From contig JBMOKG010000015.1 of the NCBI GenBank assembly GCA_049315385.1, positions 71 through 64,070 of the forward strand: 64,000 nt of DNA. The letters are read 5' to 3'. Position 1 is the first letter of the stretch. Each line of letters opens with the position of its first letter. A model generated the notes under the pieces. That model did not search any database. It worked only from the letters and a program-made list of their open reading frames with translations, and had not been told where the DNA came from. A program made the position numbers and the translations under genes. Shown piece by piece: positions 48,101-58,700 of this stretch. Source of the DNA: Bacteroidales bacterium. GTDB taxonomy: Bacteria; Bacteroidota; Bacteroidia; Bacteroidales; JACABE01.

Positions 48101-51100
48101 CTAGCACCTCCAATAGCATTATAGTAAATTACAGTACTACTGCAGTATCAGGAAATATCACAGTTAAAGGAAACAACTCATGTGGAGATGGAAATATTTC
48201 AACATTGGCTATTATAGTAAATCCATTACCAATAGCAGCCGGAACTATTACAGGAAGTAACAGCGTTTGTCAGGGACAATCAGCTGTAAATTACACAGTT
48301 CCTACAATTACCAATGCTTCATCCTATACATGGACCTTACCAACAGCTGCAAGTGGTTCAAGTTCAACAAACAACATTACAGTAAATTATTCCACTTCAG
48401 CAGTTTCAGGAAACATTATGGTAACTGGACATAACTCTTGTGGTGATGGAAATATTTCAACAATGGCAATCACAGTAAATCCATTACCATTATCAGCCGG
48501 AACAATTTCTGGAACAACTACTGTCTGTCAGGGACAAAGTAATATAATTTATACAGTTCCTGCAATTTTAAATGCTTCTTCTTATATTTGGACATTACCA
48601 ACAGGAGCTTTAGGAACAAGTTCTACTAATTCAATTACAGTAAATTATGGAACATCGGCCGTATCAGGAAATATTACTGTAAAAGGTCATAATAATTGTG
48701 GCGATGGTTTAATTTCAACATTACCAATTACAGTTACGCCATTACCAACTGCCAATATTTCTTATGCTGGCAATCCTTACTGTATTTCGTTAACAGCACA
48801 ACAGCCTGTGACGTTAACAGGAACAACAGGAGGTATTTATAGCTCTACCAGCGGTTTGCAAATAAGCCAATCAACCGGAGCTATTTTACCAGTTACCAGT
48901 ACAGCAGGAACATATATTGTTTCTTATACAATTGCATCAGCTGGCGGATGTGCTGCAGTTATTGCAACAACTACAGTAACTATAAATACGTTGCCTGTTA
49001 TTATTGCAAATACAAGTGCAACTTCAGTTTGTTTTGGTGGAAGTATTATATTATATGGAAGTGGAGCACTTTCATACATCTGGGATAATAGTGTTATTGA
49101 TTCAATTCAATTTTTCCCAACAACTACTAAAACATATACTGTAACAGGTACTGATATAAATGGATGCAAAAATACGGCCAATGTAAGTGTTGTAGTTAAA
49201 CCAATACCATCAGTAGTTACAACCACACCTGGCTCACGTTGTGGAAATGGTATTGTAACTTTAGGCGCTACTGCATCTGCAGGTAGTATTAATTGGTATA
49301 CTAGCCTTACTGGCGGAACTTCAATTTATTCAGGAACATTTTACGATCCTTCTCTTTCCACAACCACGACTTATTATGTTGATGCAACTTCAAATGGATG
49401 TACAAGTAGACCAAGAACAGCTGTTGTAGCAACTGTTAATACAATACCATTAGTAAGTTTCACAGGATTAAATTCAGCCTATTGTTTAAATGCAAACGCT
49501 ATTACACTGGTAGGTTCACCATTAGGTGGTACTTTTAGTGGTACTGGCATTAACGGAAATACTTTTACTCCATTATCTACAACTGCAGGAATACATACTA
49601 TTACCTATACTTATACCGATGGCAATAACTGCACTAACAGCGCAACACAAAATGTAACAGTAAATGCACTAACAGTTGTAAGTTTCACAGGATTAAATTC
49701 ATCTTATTGCATAAATGCAGCAGCAGCTACATTGGTTGGATCCCCTTTAGGCGGAACTTTTAGTGGAGCAGGTATTAGCGAAAATACATTTATACCAACT
49801 ATTGCAACCACTGGATTACATACAATTACCTATACTTATACCGATGGCAATAACTGTACTAACAGTGCAACACAAAATGTAACTATAAATGCATTACCAA
49901 CTGTAAATTTCACAGGATTAAATTCAGCTTATTGTCTGGATGCAGCAGCAGCTAACTTAGTTGGATCACCTTTAGGCGGAACATTCAGTGGTGCAGGAAT
50001 TAGTGGATTAACATTCACAGCATCAATTGCAACTGAGGGATTTCATGTAATTTCTTATACTTATACTGATGGCAATGCATGTACAAATAACATTACTCAA
50101 AATGTAACTGTAAATACTTTACCAAGTGTAAATGCAGATAGTTATCCAACTGTTTGTTCTAATTCAACACCTTTAGCTTTAGGAGGCTTTCCAACAGGTG
50201 GAATATGGAGCGGAATTGGTGTAAGTGCTAATATGTTTTCTCCATCTTACGGTACACAAATCTTAACTTATACCTATACAGATCCTAACACTTGTGTGAA
50301 TTCAGCTACCGCTTTAATTAATGTTACTACTTTACCTTCAGCCAGTATTTCTTATTCTTTAGCTTCTTACTGTAAATCCGTTTCAACGCCTCAAGCAGTA
50401 GTTTTAACAGGAGCATCAGGAGGAATATTTAGTTCAGCACCGGGTTTAGATTTAAATTCAATAACTGGTGCAATTATACCTAGTACAAGCATTGCCGGAA
50501 TCTATACAGTTTCTTATACTATTCCGGCAGCTTCCGGATGCCCTGAAGTTATTTCAACAACTTCTGTTACCATAAATGCTTTACCTACAGTTATTGCAAA
50601 TTCGAGTGCTATATCAGCTGTATGTGCAGGAACAGCTGTTACTTTGACCGGTAGTGGAACAACTGGTGTATCCTATACATGGGATCAAAGTGTAATTAAT
50701 GGAGTTCCGTTTACGTCCACAATTACTAAAATATATTTATTAACAGGAACAGATAGTAATGGTTGTCAGAAGTCTGCAAGTATTGAAATAAGTGTAAATC
50801 CAGGTCCACCTAACAATCCAATTACAGGAGCTGCAATTCTCTGTGCAGCGACACTTAACTCACCCTATTCTGTCATTCTACATTCTTCCGATCAACCATT
50901 ACCTCCGGGAAGCGGACATGGATCTCCCGGTGATTTTCCAAATGGTTCAGTAAATAATTATACCTGGTCTTATAGTGGTAATGCCTCAATAATTGCCGGC
51001 AGCAATGTCAATGTTATTACAATTAATTTTGGAACAGATACAACAAGCGGAATTTTAACTGTTGTTGAAACCGATCCTATCTCAGGTTGTTCATTTACCA

Positions 51101-54100
51101 ATACAAAAACAATTACTGTAAATCCATTACCAATTGTTAATGCCGGCACTTACGCAGCTGTTTGTATCGATGCAGCTGACATTACGCTGGCTGGTTCTCC
51201 AACTGCCGGTGTTTGGAGTGGAATTGGTGTCAATGGGAATTTATTTGATCCATCAGCCGGAACTCAAACATTAAACTATACATTTACAGATTCTCAATCT
51301 CCAGCTTGTAGCAATTCTAATCAAACAACTATCATTGTTAATTCTTTACCAATCGTAACAGCAAATTCTACAGACTCATCTGTTTGTGCAGGAAGTAATT
51401 TAACACTAACAGGAAGTGGTGCTTTTACATATGTTTGGGATAATAGCATAATTAACGCAACTCCATTTATACCGAATTTTACTAAAACATATACAGTTAT
51501 TGGTACTGATGTTAATGGTTGTAAAAATACAGCAAATACTACTGTTACTATTAAATCAATTCCTACAGTAATTTCAACTACAGCCGGTTCACGTTGTGGA
51601 AGTGGAAGTGTAACTTTAAGTGCTACTCCTTCTGCAGGCAGTATAAATTGGTATACTGGTTTAACTGGCGGTACATCGGTTTATACAGGAACATCCTACT
51701 CTCCAAATCTTTCGACAACCACAACTTATTATGCTGATGCAACTGCCAATGGATGTACAAGTTCGCCAAGAACAGCTATTGTAGCAACAATTAAAGTTAT
51801 CCCTGTTATTAGCGGAACTACTTCTGATACCCGTTGTGGAACAGGTGTAGTAAATTTAAGTGCAACAGCCTCATCAGGTACAATAAACTGGTATGAAGAT
51901 TTAACTGGTGGTTCATCTATAAATACTGGTGCTTCCTATTCCCCGTCCGTTTCTACAACAACTTCTTATTTTGTTGATGCTAATTTCAATGAATGTACCT
52001 CAATAACAAGAACAGCTGTTTTAGCAACCGTAAATACAATTCCAACTGTAAGCGGAACTAATCCGGCTATTCGTTGCGGAGCAGGTATTGTAAATTTGGG
52101 CGCTACAGCATCTTCCGGCATAATCAACTGGTACACATCAATAACCGGAGATACTTCAATATATACCGGGACTAATTATTCACCTTTTGTTTCTACAACT
52201 ACCATTTATTATGTGGATGCTACTGCTATTGGATGTACCAGTTCTGCAAGAACTGCTATTTCAGCTACTGTTCTTACTATTCCTGATATTGTTTCATCAA
52301 CAGCAGATACTATTTGTGGATCAGGTTTTGTAACGTTAGATGCAACAGCTACTTCTGGCATTATTAATTGGTATTCTAACATAAGTGGTGGATTATCAAT
52401 AAATACAGGAAACTCTTATTCTCCAAGCATTTCAGCAACTACTACTTATTATGTGGATGCTACTGAAAATGGATGTACTACTAGCCCAAGAATCGCTGTT
52501 ACCGGAATTGTCAAAGTTATTCCCATGATTACATCAGTAACTCCGGGTTCTATTTGTGGGCAGGGCACAGTAACACTTGGCGCTACCTCATCTTCAGGTA
52601 GTATTGATTGGTATACTGATCCATATACAACTTCTTCTGTTGCAAATGGAAATTCTTTTTCTCCATCAATTTCATCAACTACAAATTATTATATTGATGC
52701 AACCGACAACGGATGTACAAGTTCACCCAGAACATTAATTGTAGCGACCTATAAAATACAACCAACTGTGACTGCTAATTCAACCGCGAGTATAATATGT
52801 TCAGGAGCAGCTGTTACACTTACTGCCAGTGGATCAACAGGAGCAACTTATGCATGGGATAACGGAGTAATTAATGGAGTTTCTTTTAATCCGGTTATTA
52901 CAAATACTTATACGGTAACAGCAACAAATAGCAATGGTTGTCAGAAAACCGCATCTGTAATTGTAAATGTAAATACTTCGCCTTTGAATAATCCAATAAA
53001 TGGAACTACTATCTTATGTGAAGGAACATTAAATGCTTCATATTCTGTTGTTTTACGTTCAAATGGAGAGCCATTACCACCAAATACCGGACATGGATTA
53101 CCAGGTGATTTACCAGATGGTTCATCAAATAATTATGTGTGGTCTTATAGTGGAATTGCTACTATTAATGCAACTTCAAATGTAAATGCTGTTAGTATTA
53201 ATTTTTCGCCGGGTTCAACCAGTGGAATATTGACTGTTGTTGAAAGTGTACCTTCAACAGGCTGTTCATTCACCAACACATTAGCAATTACAGTCCATCC
53301 GCTTCCTGTTAATGCAGGATCAATTTCAGGATCAAATACGGTTTGTCAGGGACAATCATCTGTTAATTATACAGTTCCGGCAATTACAAATGCGACATCC
53401 TATATCTGGACTTTACCAATAGGAGCTACAGGAACAAGCACTAACAATTCAATAACTGTAAATTATAACACAACTGCTGTTTCAGGAAATATTACGGTAA
53501 AAGGAAGTAATAACTGTGGATATGGTATACCATCAGAACTGACTATAACTGTAAATCCTTTGCCTGCTTCTGCCGGAATCATTACGGGTAGTTCAACAGT
53601 TTGCCAGGGAGAATATAGTGCAACATATAATGTTCCTATCATAATAAATGCAACTTCGTATATATGGACTTTGCCTGTTGGTGTAACAGGAGCAAGTTCG
53701 AGTAATAGTATAATTGCAAACTACAGTCCTTCTGCAGTTTCAGGAAACATTACTGTAAAAGGCAACAATAACTGTGGATTTGGAAATAGCTCAACATTGG
53801 CAATTAATGTCACATCGCCACCAGCAATTTCAACTTTTACCGCAGCAGTTTCAAATGCATGGGAAGTTTGTGCTAACTGGGATTATGGTATTCCTGGCCC
53901 ATTAACCAATGCTTATATTGCTGCTAATAAATTAGCAATTGTTAATTCTACGAATTATCAATGTAATAATTTAACAATTGCTCCACTAGGAAAATTGACG
54001 ATTAATTCCAGTAAAAGTTTTAAAGTAAACGGAACATTAACGATGCAATCAGATGCTTCAGGAACCGCTTCATTAATTGATTATGGCAATTTACAAACAA

Positions 54101-55374
54101 TTGGAAATATTGTGGAACGTTATATTCCTCATACCAATACAGATGAATTCCACATGCTTGCTTCTCCTGTTTCAAATCAATCTATAAATCCTAATTTCAA
54201 TCAATTGGATGGTTTTTATTTATGGAACGAACCTACTGCCAATTGGATTGAATTTGCTAATACTGGAAATTTTTTAACAGCCAATGGCGGATATAATTTT
54301 GTTCCCGGCAGAGGTTATGCAGTTTCATACCCAACTGTAGTTAAGAAAATTTTTACAGGAAATTTAAATACAGGAACACTGACCCTTCCTATTGCTTATA
54401 CAACAGGTTTATATAGTGGATGGAATTTTATAGCTAACCCCTACCCTTCAGCTATTAACTGGAATGCAACAAGTGGTTGGACAAGGAATGTACTGGCTGA
54501 TGCAGGCAGCGGCGAAAAAGCGATCTGGGTTTGGAATGCATCTACAGCCAACTACGGAGCTTATATTTCCAATGCAGCATTAGGAACCAATAGCGTGAGC
54601 AGACTTATTCCTTCGGCACAGGGATTCTGGGTAAAAGCATCAACTGCAGGTACTTTAAGCATGAGTAATTCTATCAGAGAACATGCTAATCTGACTTTCC
54701 TTAAATCTACAACAACAATTCCTGATTTGCTTAGACTTTCAGTAAATGGAAGCACCAATTCCTATAGTGATGAACTCATTATTCAGTTTGGCAATACAAA
54801 CGATTTGGGTGGAGCTGAAAAAATGTTTAGTATGGATGCAACTGCACCGGGAATTTACTCAATAAAATCAGGTAAAAACTGGAGTATCAGCATGCTTACC
54901 TCAATAGCTGATCATCCTGTTATTCCGCTTGGGTTTAAAGCAGGTATAAATGGAAGTTATACAATTACTGCCAGCGATGTAAATAGTTTTACTTCACCCT
55001 GCTATTCCTATTTAAAAGATCTGGCTACCAATACTATCACTGATTTGAATCAAAATACTACCTATACATTTACAGCTTCGACCACTGATAATACGAATCG
55101 TTTCCAACTACTATTTGCTGCTTTACCGCTGGGAATAACTAATAATTCCACTCAGAATACCTGTATTTATGCTTACAATAACAGAATCTGTGTAAATTCT
55201 AATGAAGAAGTTCAACAAATATGCATATATAATACAGTGGGCCAATTGCTAAAAACTATTGAAAAAACAAATAGTAATACTGTAATCAGCATGAAGGAAT
55301 TTGCTGCTGCTTATTATATTGTAAAAGTGATTACTGCTAAGAATGTATATGCTGAAAAAGTATTGGTGAAATAA
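45118..55374 (+). CDS. Giant T9SS-sorted surface protein (3418 aa): SprB-like repeats, 11 PKD-like modules plus 3 GHG-insert variants, several Ig-like repeat families, and the shared C-terminal module (start possibly M11 at 45148)
   Basis: ORF track. The SprB-like pattern is NVNCFNSSTGAATVTVVGSTPNYTYRWY...LNAGTYDVTI, followed by a second copy. Six RCG...INWY...TTTYYVDAT..GC.S..RTA Ig-like modules are present. The tail is QICIYNTVGQLLKTIEKTNSNTVISMKEFAAAYYIVKVITAKNVYAEKVLVK. Confidence 0.9.
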   Translation: MKKSITNFKIMEIIKSLIFIFFFFSIRMTVIGQSAPIFDANIATIHSTVKNCGSLTPNITGNVVSITNATYPVNPTTSVNGCGPVVYKWQYSDLGTYGSWTDINSFSSSNIDFPNNITYTNNGSSDRVFYIRRAVYDSCSIPTWSQTEAWTSPIKYTIYPPFTSSITAQTNVNCFNSSTGAATVTVVGSTPNYTYRWYSGTNRIDSTLSTPSFSNSINNLNAGTYDVTINSTTGCSTSTSVTINQATQLSAIISSYTEPSCIANNGSIDLYVSGGTPPYSYAWTKNSSAFANTEDLTSLSTGTYAVTITDSQGCQASTTINLNTSSAPSPNPISGSATLCEGTLNSAYSVVLHTYGQPLPPAAGHGTPGDNPDGSVNNYAWSYSGTAIINATSSVNAITMNFGAGTTSGILTVIETIPNTGCSYTNTLSITVIPLPANAGTISGANTVCQNQTLVTYTVPAITNATSYIWTLPTGATGTSTTNSITVNYSTTAISGNITVKGHNSCGDGIISSLSVTVNPLPVTAGEISGLSTVCQGQSSVNYTVPAITNATSYVWMLPSGASGTSTTNSITVNYSPTAVSGNITVKGHNSCGDGIVSNLAILVNSLPYGAGAISGTTTVCQGQLSVTYSISAILNATTYIWTLPTGTTGTSSTNSITVNYESSAISGNITVRGNNACGIGDISTLAITVNPLPVTAGTISGSSTVCQNQNSVTYTVPSITNATTYSWTLPTGASGTSTTNSITVNYSTSAVSGNITVKGHNSCGDGNLSTMVITVNPLPIAAATISGNSFVCQGQNNITYTVPTITNATSYIWTLPTGASGTSSTNSITVNYGTNAVSGNITVKGHNDCGDGAISTLTITINLIPVNAGIISGTTNVCQGQTNFTYSVPTITNASTYIWTLPTGASGTSSTNSITVNYGTSVISGNITVKGNNSCGDGISSSIAITVNPLPFAAGTITGATNVCQSQSSVTYSLPTITNATSYICSLPTGTTGSSTSNSIIVNYSTTAVSGNITVKGNNSCGDGNISTLAIIVNPLPIAAGTITGSNSVCQGQSAVNYTVPTITNASSYTWTLPTAASGSSSTNNITVNYSTSAVSGNIMVTGHNSCGDGNISTMAITVNPLPLSAGTISGTTTVCQGQSNIIYTVPAILNASSYIWTLPTGALGTSSTNSITVNYGTSAVSGNITVKGHNNCGDGLISTLPITVTPLPTANISYAGNPYCISLTAQQPVTLTGTTGGIYSSTSGLQISQSTGAILPVTSTAGTYIVSYTIASAGGCAAVIATTTVTINTLPVIIANTSATSVCFGGSIILYGSGALSYIWDNSVIDSIQFFPTTTKTYTVTGTDINGCKNTANVSVVVKPIPSVVTTTPGSRCGNGIVTLGATASAGSINWYTSLTGGTSIYSGTFYDPSLSTTTTYYVDATSNGCTSRPRTAVVATVNTIPLVSFTGLNSAYCLNANAITLVGSPLGGTFSGTGINGNTFTPLSTTAGIHTITYTYTDGNNCTNSATQNVTVNALTVVSFTGLNSSYCINAAAATLVGSPLGGTFSGAGISENTFIPTIATTGLHTITYTYTDGNNCTNSATQNVTINALPTVNFTGLNSAYCLDAAAANLVGSPLGGTFSGAGISGLTFTASIATEGFHVISYTYTDGNACTNNITQNVTVNTLPSVNADSYPTVCSNSTPLALGGFPTGGIWSGIGVSANMFSPSYGTQILTYTYTDPNTCVNSATALINVTTLPSASISYSLASYCKSVSTPQAVVLTGASGGIFSSAPGLDLNSITGAIIPSTSIAGIYTVSYTIPAASGCPEVISTTSVTINALPTVIANSSAISAVCAGTAVTLTGSGTTGVSYTWDQSVINGVPFTSTITKIYLLTGTDSNGCQKSASIEISVNPGPPNNPITGAAILCAATLNSPYSVILHSSDQPLPPGSGHGSPGDFPNGSVNNYTWSYSGNASIIAGSNVNVITINFGTDTTSGILTVVETDPISGCSFTNTKTITVNPLPIVNAGTYAAVCIDAADITLAGSPTAGVWSGIGVNGNLFDPSAGTQTLNYTFTDSQSPACSNSNQTTIIVNSLPIVTANSTDSSVCAGSNLTLTGSGAFTYVWDNSIINATPFIPNFTKTYTVIGTDVNGCKNTANTTVTIKSIPTVISTTAGSRCGSGSVTLSATPSAGSINWYTGLTGGTSVYTGTSYSPNLSTTTTYYADATANGCTSSPRTAIVATIKVIPVISGTTSDTRCGTGVVNLSATASSGTINWYEDLTGGSSINTGASYSPSVSTTTSYFVDANFNECTSITRTAVLATVNTIPTVSGTNPAIRCGAGIVNLGATASSGIINWYTSITGDTSIYTGTNYSPFVSTTTIYYVDATAIGCTSSARTAISATVLTIPDIVSSTADTICGSGFVTLDATATSGIINWYSNISGGLSINTGNSYSPSISATTTYYVDATENGCTTSPRIAVTGIVKVIPMITSVTPGSICGQGTVTLGATSSSGSIDWYTDPYTTSSVANGNSFSPSISSTTNYYIDATDNGCTSSPRTLIVATYKIQPTVTANSTASIICSGAAVTLTASGSTGATYAWDNGVINGVSFNPVITNTYTVTATNSNGCQKTASVIVNVNTSPLNNPINGTTILCEGTLNASYSVVLRSNGEPLPPNTGHGLPGDLPDGSSNNYVWSYSGIATINATSNVNAVSINFSPGSTSGILTVVESVPSTGCSFTNTLAITVHPLPVNAGSISGSNTVCQGQSSVNYTVPAITNATSYIWTLPIGATGTSTNNSITVNYNTTAVSGNITVKGSNNCGYGIPSELTITVNPLPASAGIITGSSTVCQGEYSATYNVPIIINATSYIWTLPVGVTGASSSNSIIANYSPSAVSGNITVKGNNNCGFGNSSTLAINVTSPPAISTFTAAVSNAWEVCANWDYGIPGPLTNAYIAANKLAIVNSTNYQCNNLTIAPLGKLTINSSKSFKVNGTLTMQSDASGTASLIDYGNLQTIGNIVERYIPHTNTDEFHMLASPVSNQSINPNFNQLDGFYLWNEPTANWIEFANTGNFLTANGGYNFVPGRGYAVSYPTVVKKIFTGNLNTGTLTLPIAYTTGLYSGWNFIANPYPSAINWNATSGWTRNVLADAGSGEKAIWVWNASTANYGAYISNAALGTNSVSRLIPSAQGFWVKASTAGTLSMSNSIREHANLTFLKSTTTIPDLLRLSVNGSTNSYSDELIIQFGNTNDLGGAEKMFSMDATAPGIYSIKSGKNWSISMLTSIADHPVIPLGFKAGINGSYTITASDVNSFTSPCYSYLKDLATNTITDLNQNTTYTFTASTTDNTNRFQLLFAALPLGITNNSTQNTCIYAYNNRICVNSNEEVQQICIYNTVGQLLKTIEKTNSNTVISMKEFAAAYYIVKVITAKNVYAEKVLVK
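46423..48741 (+). repeat. 9 tandem in-frame ~86-aa PKD-like modules (same family as 18193..20532)
   Basis: The 2319 nt divide into 9 units. Every unit keeps VCQ(G/N/S)Q, NA(T/S)(S/T)Y(I/V/T/S)(W/C), SGNI(T/M)V(K/R/T)G(H/N)N.CG(D/I)G and VN(P/S)LP. Two more units lie at about 53300-53825. Confidence 0.85.
51571..52764 (+). repeat. 5 tandem ~80-aa Ig-like modules (RCG...INWY...TTTYYVDAT.NGCTS.PRTA type)
   Basis: The 1194 nt divide into 5 units. A sixth copy lies at about 49210-49445, and two related copies are in 24028..32226 (about 29860-30330). The pattern resembles the Ig-like domains that accompany Cytophaga/Flavobacterium giant adhesins. This is a family assignment by eye only. Confidence 0.7.
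53836..55374 (+). other. Shared C-terminal module copy 5 (tail type II)
   Basis: Starts at FTAAVSNAWEVCANWDYGIP. It carries the same motif series and a type II tail (DVNSFTSPCYSYLKDLATNTITDLNQNTTYTFTAS..NTNRFQLLFA). Confidence 0.85.
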
Positions 55375-55380
55375 AATACT

Positions 55381-55424
55381 TCTTCCCCAATTCCCTCATT
55401 AAAAGTGGAGGGAATTTGGGAAGA
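55381..55424 (+). terminator. GC-rich hairpin immediately after the 45118..55374 gene
   Basis: CTTCCCCAATTCCCTC (55382-55397) pairs with GAGGGAATTTGGGAAG (55408-55423), 16 bp with one mismatch. There is no clear U-tract. Confidence 0.5.
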
Positions 55425-55524
55425 ATAACACTTTCAACGTTATCATTTTGGGAAAAATACAAATCTGATCTTTCCTTCTCATTATCATACAATTGTATAT
55501 TTTATTTCTGTTGAGTTTACAAAT

Positions 55525-55569
55525 AATCATTCAAAATCCGGCAGAAACAGCCTGAATGATTGATATTTT
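55525..55569 (+). terminator. Second hairpin plus T-run between the 45118 and 55720 genes (terminator or leader structure)
   Basis: AATCATTCA (55525-55533) pairs with TGAATGATT (55553-55561), with an inner GGC/GCC extension. It is followed by GATATTTTTATT. Confidence 0.35.
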
Positions 55570-55719
55570 TATTAATTTCATGCCCAAATTTTATTTTTCC
55601 ATTTTGATTGATTACTAGAAAGTAATACAATATATTTTTTATAATCAATCATATATAGAATTATCATGGAAATTTAAAATTTTAAAAATATCAATATTAA
55701 TTTTAAAAAGAATTTTACA

Positions 55720-58700
55720 ATGGCAAGAAAAACCACATTTCTGGTAATTGCTTTATTACTGGCAATTTATACAGCTAATGCAGCTAGTATTACTATCACT
55801 TCTCCTAATGGTGGGGAAGTATGGGCAGGTTGTACACAAAAATCAATTACATGGACTGCCAGTGGAACTTCTAATAATTATACCATCGACTATACTACCG
55901 ATGGCGGGGTAAGCTGGATTTCTGTAACAAGCAGTTTGTATATTACCAGTGGGTCCTTTAGCTGGACTGTTCCCAATATAAACTCTACAAACTGCAAAAT
56001 CAGAATTGTTGATTCTAATACTCCATCATGCAGTGATATGAGTGATTATACTTTTTCTATTACTGCACCTTTATTACTTATCTCACCCAACGGTGGTGAA
56101 AGCTGGCAGGCTGGAAGTTATAAAAACATTAATTGGGTTGCTAATGGAACAACTAATTACTATGATATCTATTATTCAACCAACGCCGGAACATCCTGGA
56201 CCAATATTGTGAATAACCAATATATATCAGGGCAAACCTATAATTGGTTGCTTCCCAATTCACCATCAGAACAATGTCTGATAAAAATACAGGATCATAG
56301 CAATACCAGTTGTATGGTTGATATCAGTAATAATCTGTTTACGATTACACCGCCTACTCCTTCTATAACAGTAAGTTCACCCAATGGAGGAAATACGCTT
56401 TATGCAGGCAATTCTTATACAATTTCCTGGTACAGTGCTTATGTTACTTCGAATTTAGTTAAAATAGAATATTCTACCGATAATGCAAACAACTGGATAC
56501 CTATTACTACATCAACTTCCAATTCGGGCAGCTACAGCTGGACAGTGCCTTATACATTTTCAACTAATTGCCTGGTTAAAATAACTGATCTTTCCAATCC
56601 TGCAACCTATGACCAAAGCAACAGTGTTTTCAGTATACAACCTCCTTTTATCAGCCTTGTTTCTCCCAATGGTGGAGAAAACTGGCAAGGATGCTCCACA
56701 CAAACCATCAGCTGGACTTCAGGGGGAACTTCAGGAAGTTACGGCATTTATTATTCAACCAATAATGCAGCCAGCTGGAATTTACTGACAACATCTTCAT
56801 CTTCCTACTATACATGGACTCCTGTCCCGAATTTATCATCTTCTGCTTGTCTGGTAAAAGTTATGGATTACAATAACGCTGGCATTAAAGATTCCAGTGA
56901 TGCCGTTTTTAATATATCTCAAAATACTGATATCATCATAACAACACCCAATGGAGGCGAACAATGGGAGGCAGGAACTTACAAAAATATTGAATGGGTT
57001 TCAGCACCAGCAGTAACAAATTTTTCAGTTTTTTATTCAATTAACAGTGGAAGCAGCTGGACAAGTATAATTTCTAATACCTATTCAAAAACATTGAACT
57101 GGTCGGTACCTAATTCACCTACAGCCAATGCTCTTATTAAAGTTGTTGATTATAGTAACAGTTGTAAATTTGATGTCAGCAATGCAAATTTTACCATTAC
57201 TAATCCAACACCAATTATCACACTAAATTACCCAAATTCAAATATTACCACTTATGCCAATAATTCCATCAACATACAATGGAGTACATCCTATGTTACA
57301 GATAATTATGTTAAAATAGAAATTACTTCCGACAATGGAAACAGTTGGACAACTGTAATAAATCCTACAGAAAATGACGGAAGTTATACCTGGACATTGC
57401 CAAACATCAATTCCCAGAATTGCAGATTCAGGGTTAGTGCTTTTTCCAACAACCTGATTAAAGATGAGAGTGATGTTAATTTCAAAGTAATACCTCCTTT
57501 TATTACTGTAACATCACCCAATGGAGGCGAACAATGGAAAGGATGTTCTTCAAAAAGTATCAGCTGGACTTCAGGTGGATGCTCAGGGAGTTATAGTATT
57601 TATTATTCAAGTAATAATGGTAATACATGGAATTATATTTCAAATACTTCAAGCAGTTACTATACATGGTCGCAGGTAGTTGACATTCCTACTTCCAATA
57701 ATTGTCTGATTAAAGTTCAGGACTATAACAACTCAAACATAAAAGATTCCAGTGATGATGTTTTTACATTGATAAAAAACAATGATATTATTATTACAAC
57801 GCCTAATGGTGATGAGAGCTGGGAAGTTGGTACCACAAAAACCATCAGCTGGGTTTCTGAACCAACTTCTAACCGCTATTACACTTATTATTCCATCAAT
57901 AATGGCAGCAGCTGGAATTCAATTGGCAGCTATACTTACTCCAATTCAGTTTCATGGACGATACCCAATTCTCCTAATACGACAAGTCTAATTAAAGTTT
58001 CAGATTACGACAACAGCTGTATTCAGGATGTAAGCAATGCCATTTTTACAATAACCCCTCCCCAACCCTATATTACGGTTACTAATCCTAATTCAAATAT
58101 GACAACATATGCCAATAATTCCATTAACATTCAATGGATCAGTGCTTATCTGAGTTCAAGTTTTGTTAAAATTGAATTTACTTATGATAATGGAGTCATT
58201 TGGACAACTGTGGTTACACCTACTGAAAACGATGGAAGCTATACTTGGACTTTGCCCAATATCAATTCACTGAACTGTAAATTCCGTATCAGCGAATACA
58301 ATAATCCGGCAATTAATGATATAAGTGATGTTAATTTTAAAGTTATTCCGCCCTTTATTACGGTTACATCACCCAATGGAGGCGAACAATGGAAAGGATG
58401 TTCTTCAAAAAGTATCAGCTGGACTTCAGGTGGATGCTCAGGGAGTTATAGTATTTATTATTCAAGTAATAATGGTAATACATGGAATTATATTTCAAAT
58501 ACTTCAAGCAGTTACTATACATGGTCGCAGGTAGTTGACATTCCTACTTCCAATAATTGTCTGATTAAAGTTCAGGACTATAACAACTCAAACATAAAAG
58601 ATTCCAGTGATGATGTTTTTACATTGATAAAAAACAATGATATTATTATTACAACGCCTAATGGTGATGAGAGCTGGGAAGTTGGTACCACAAAAACCAT

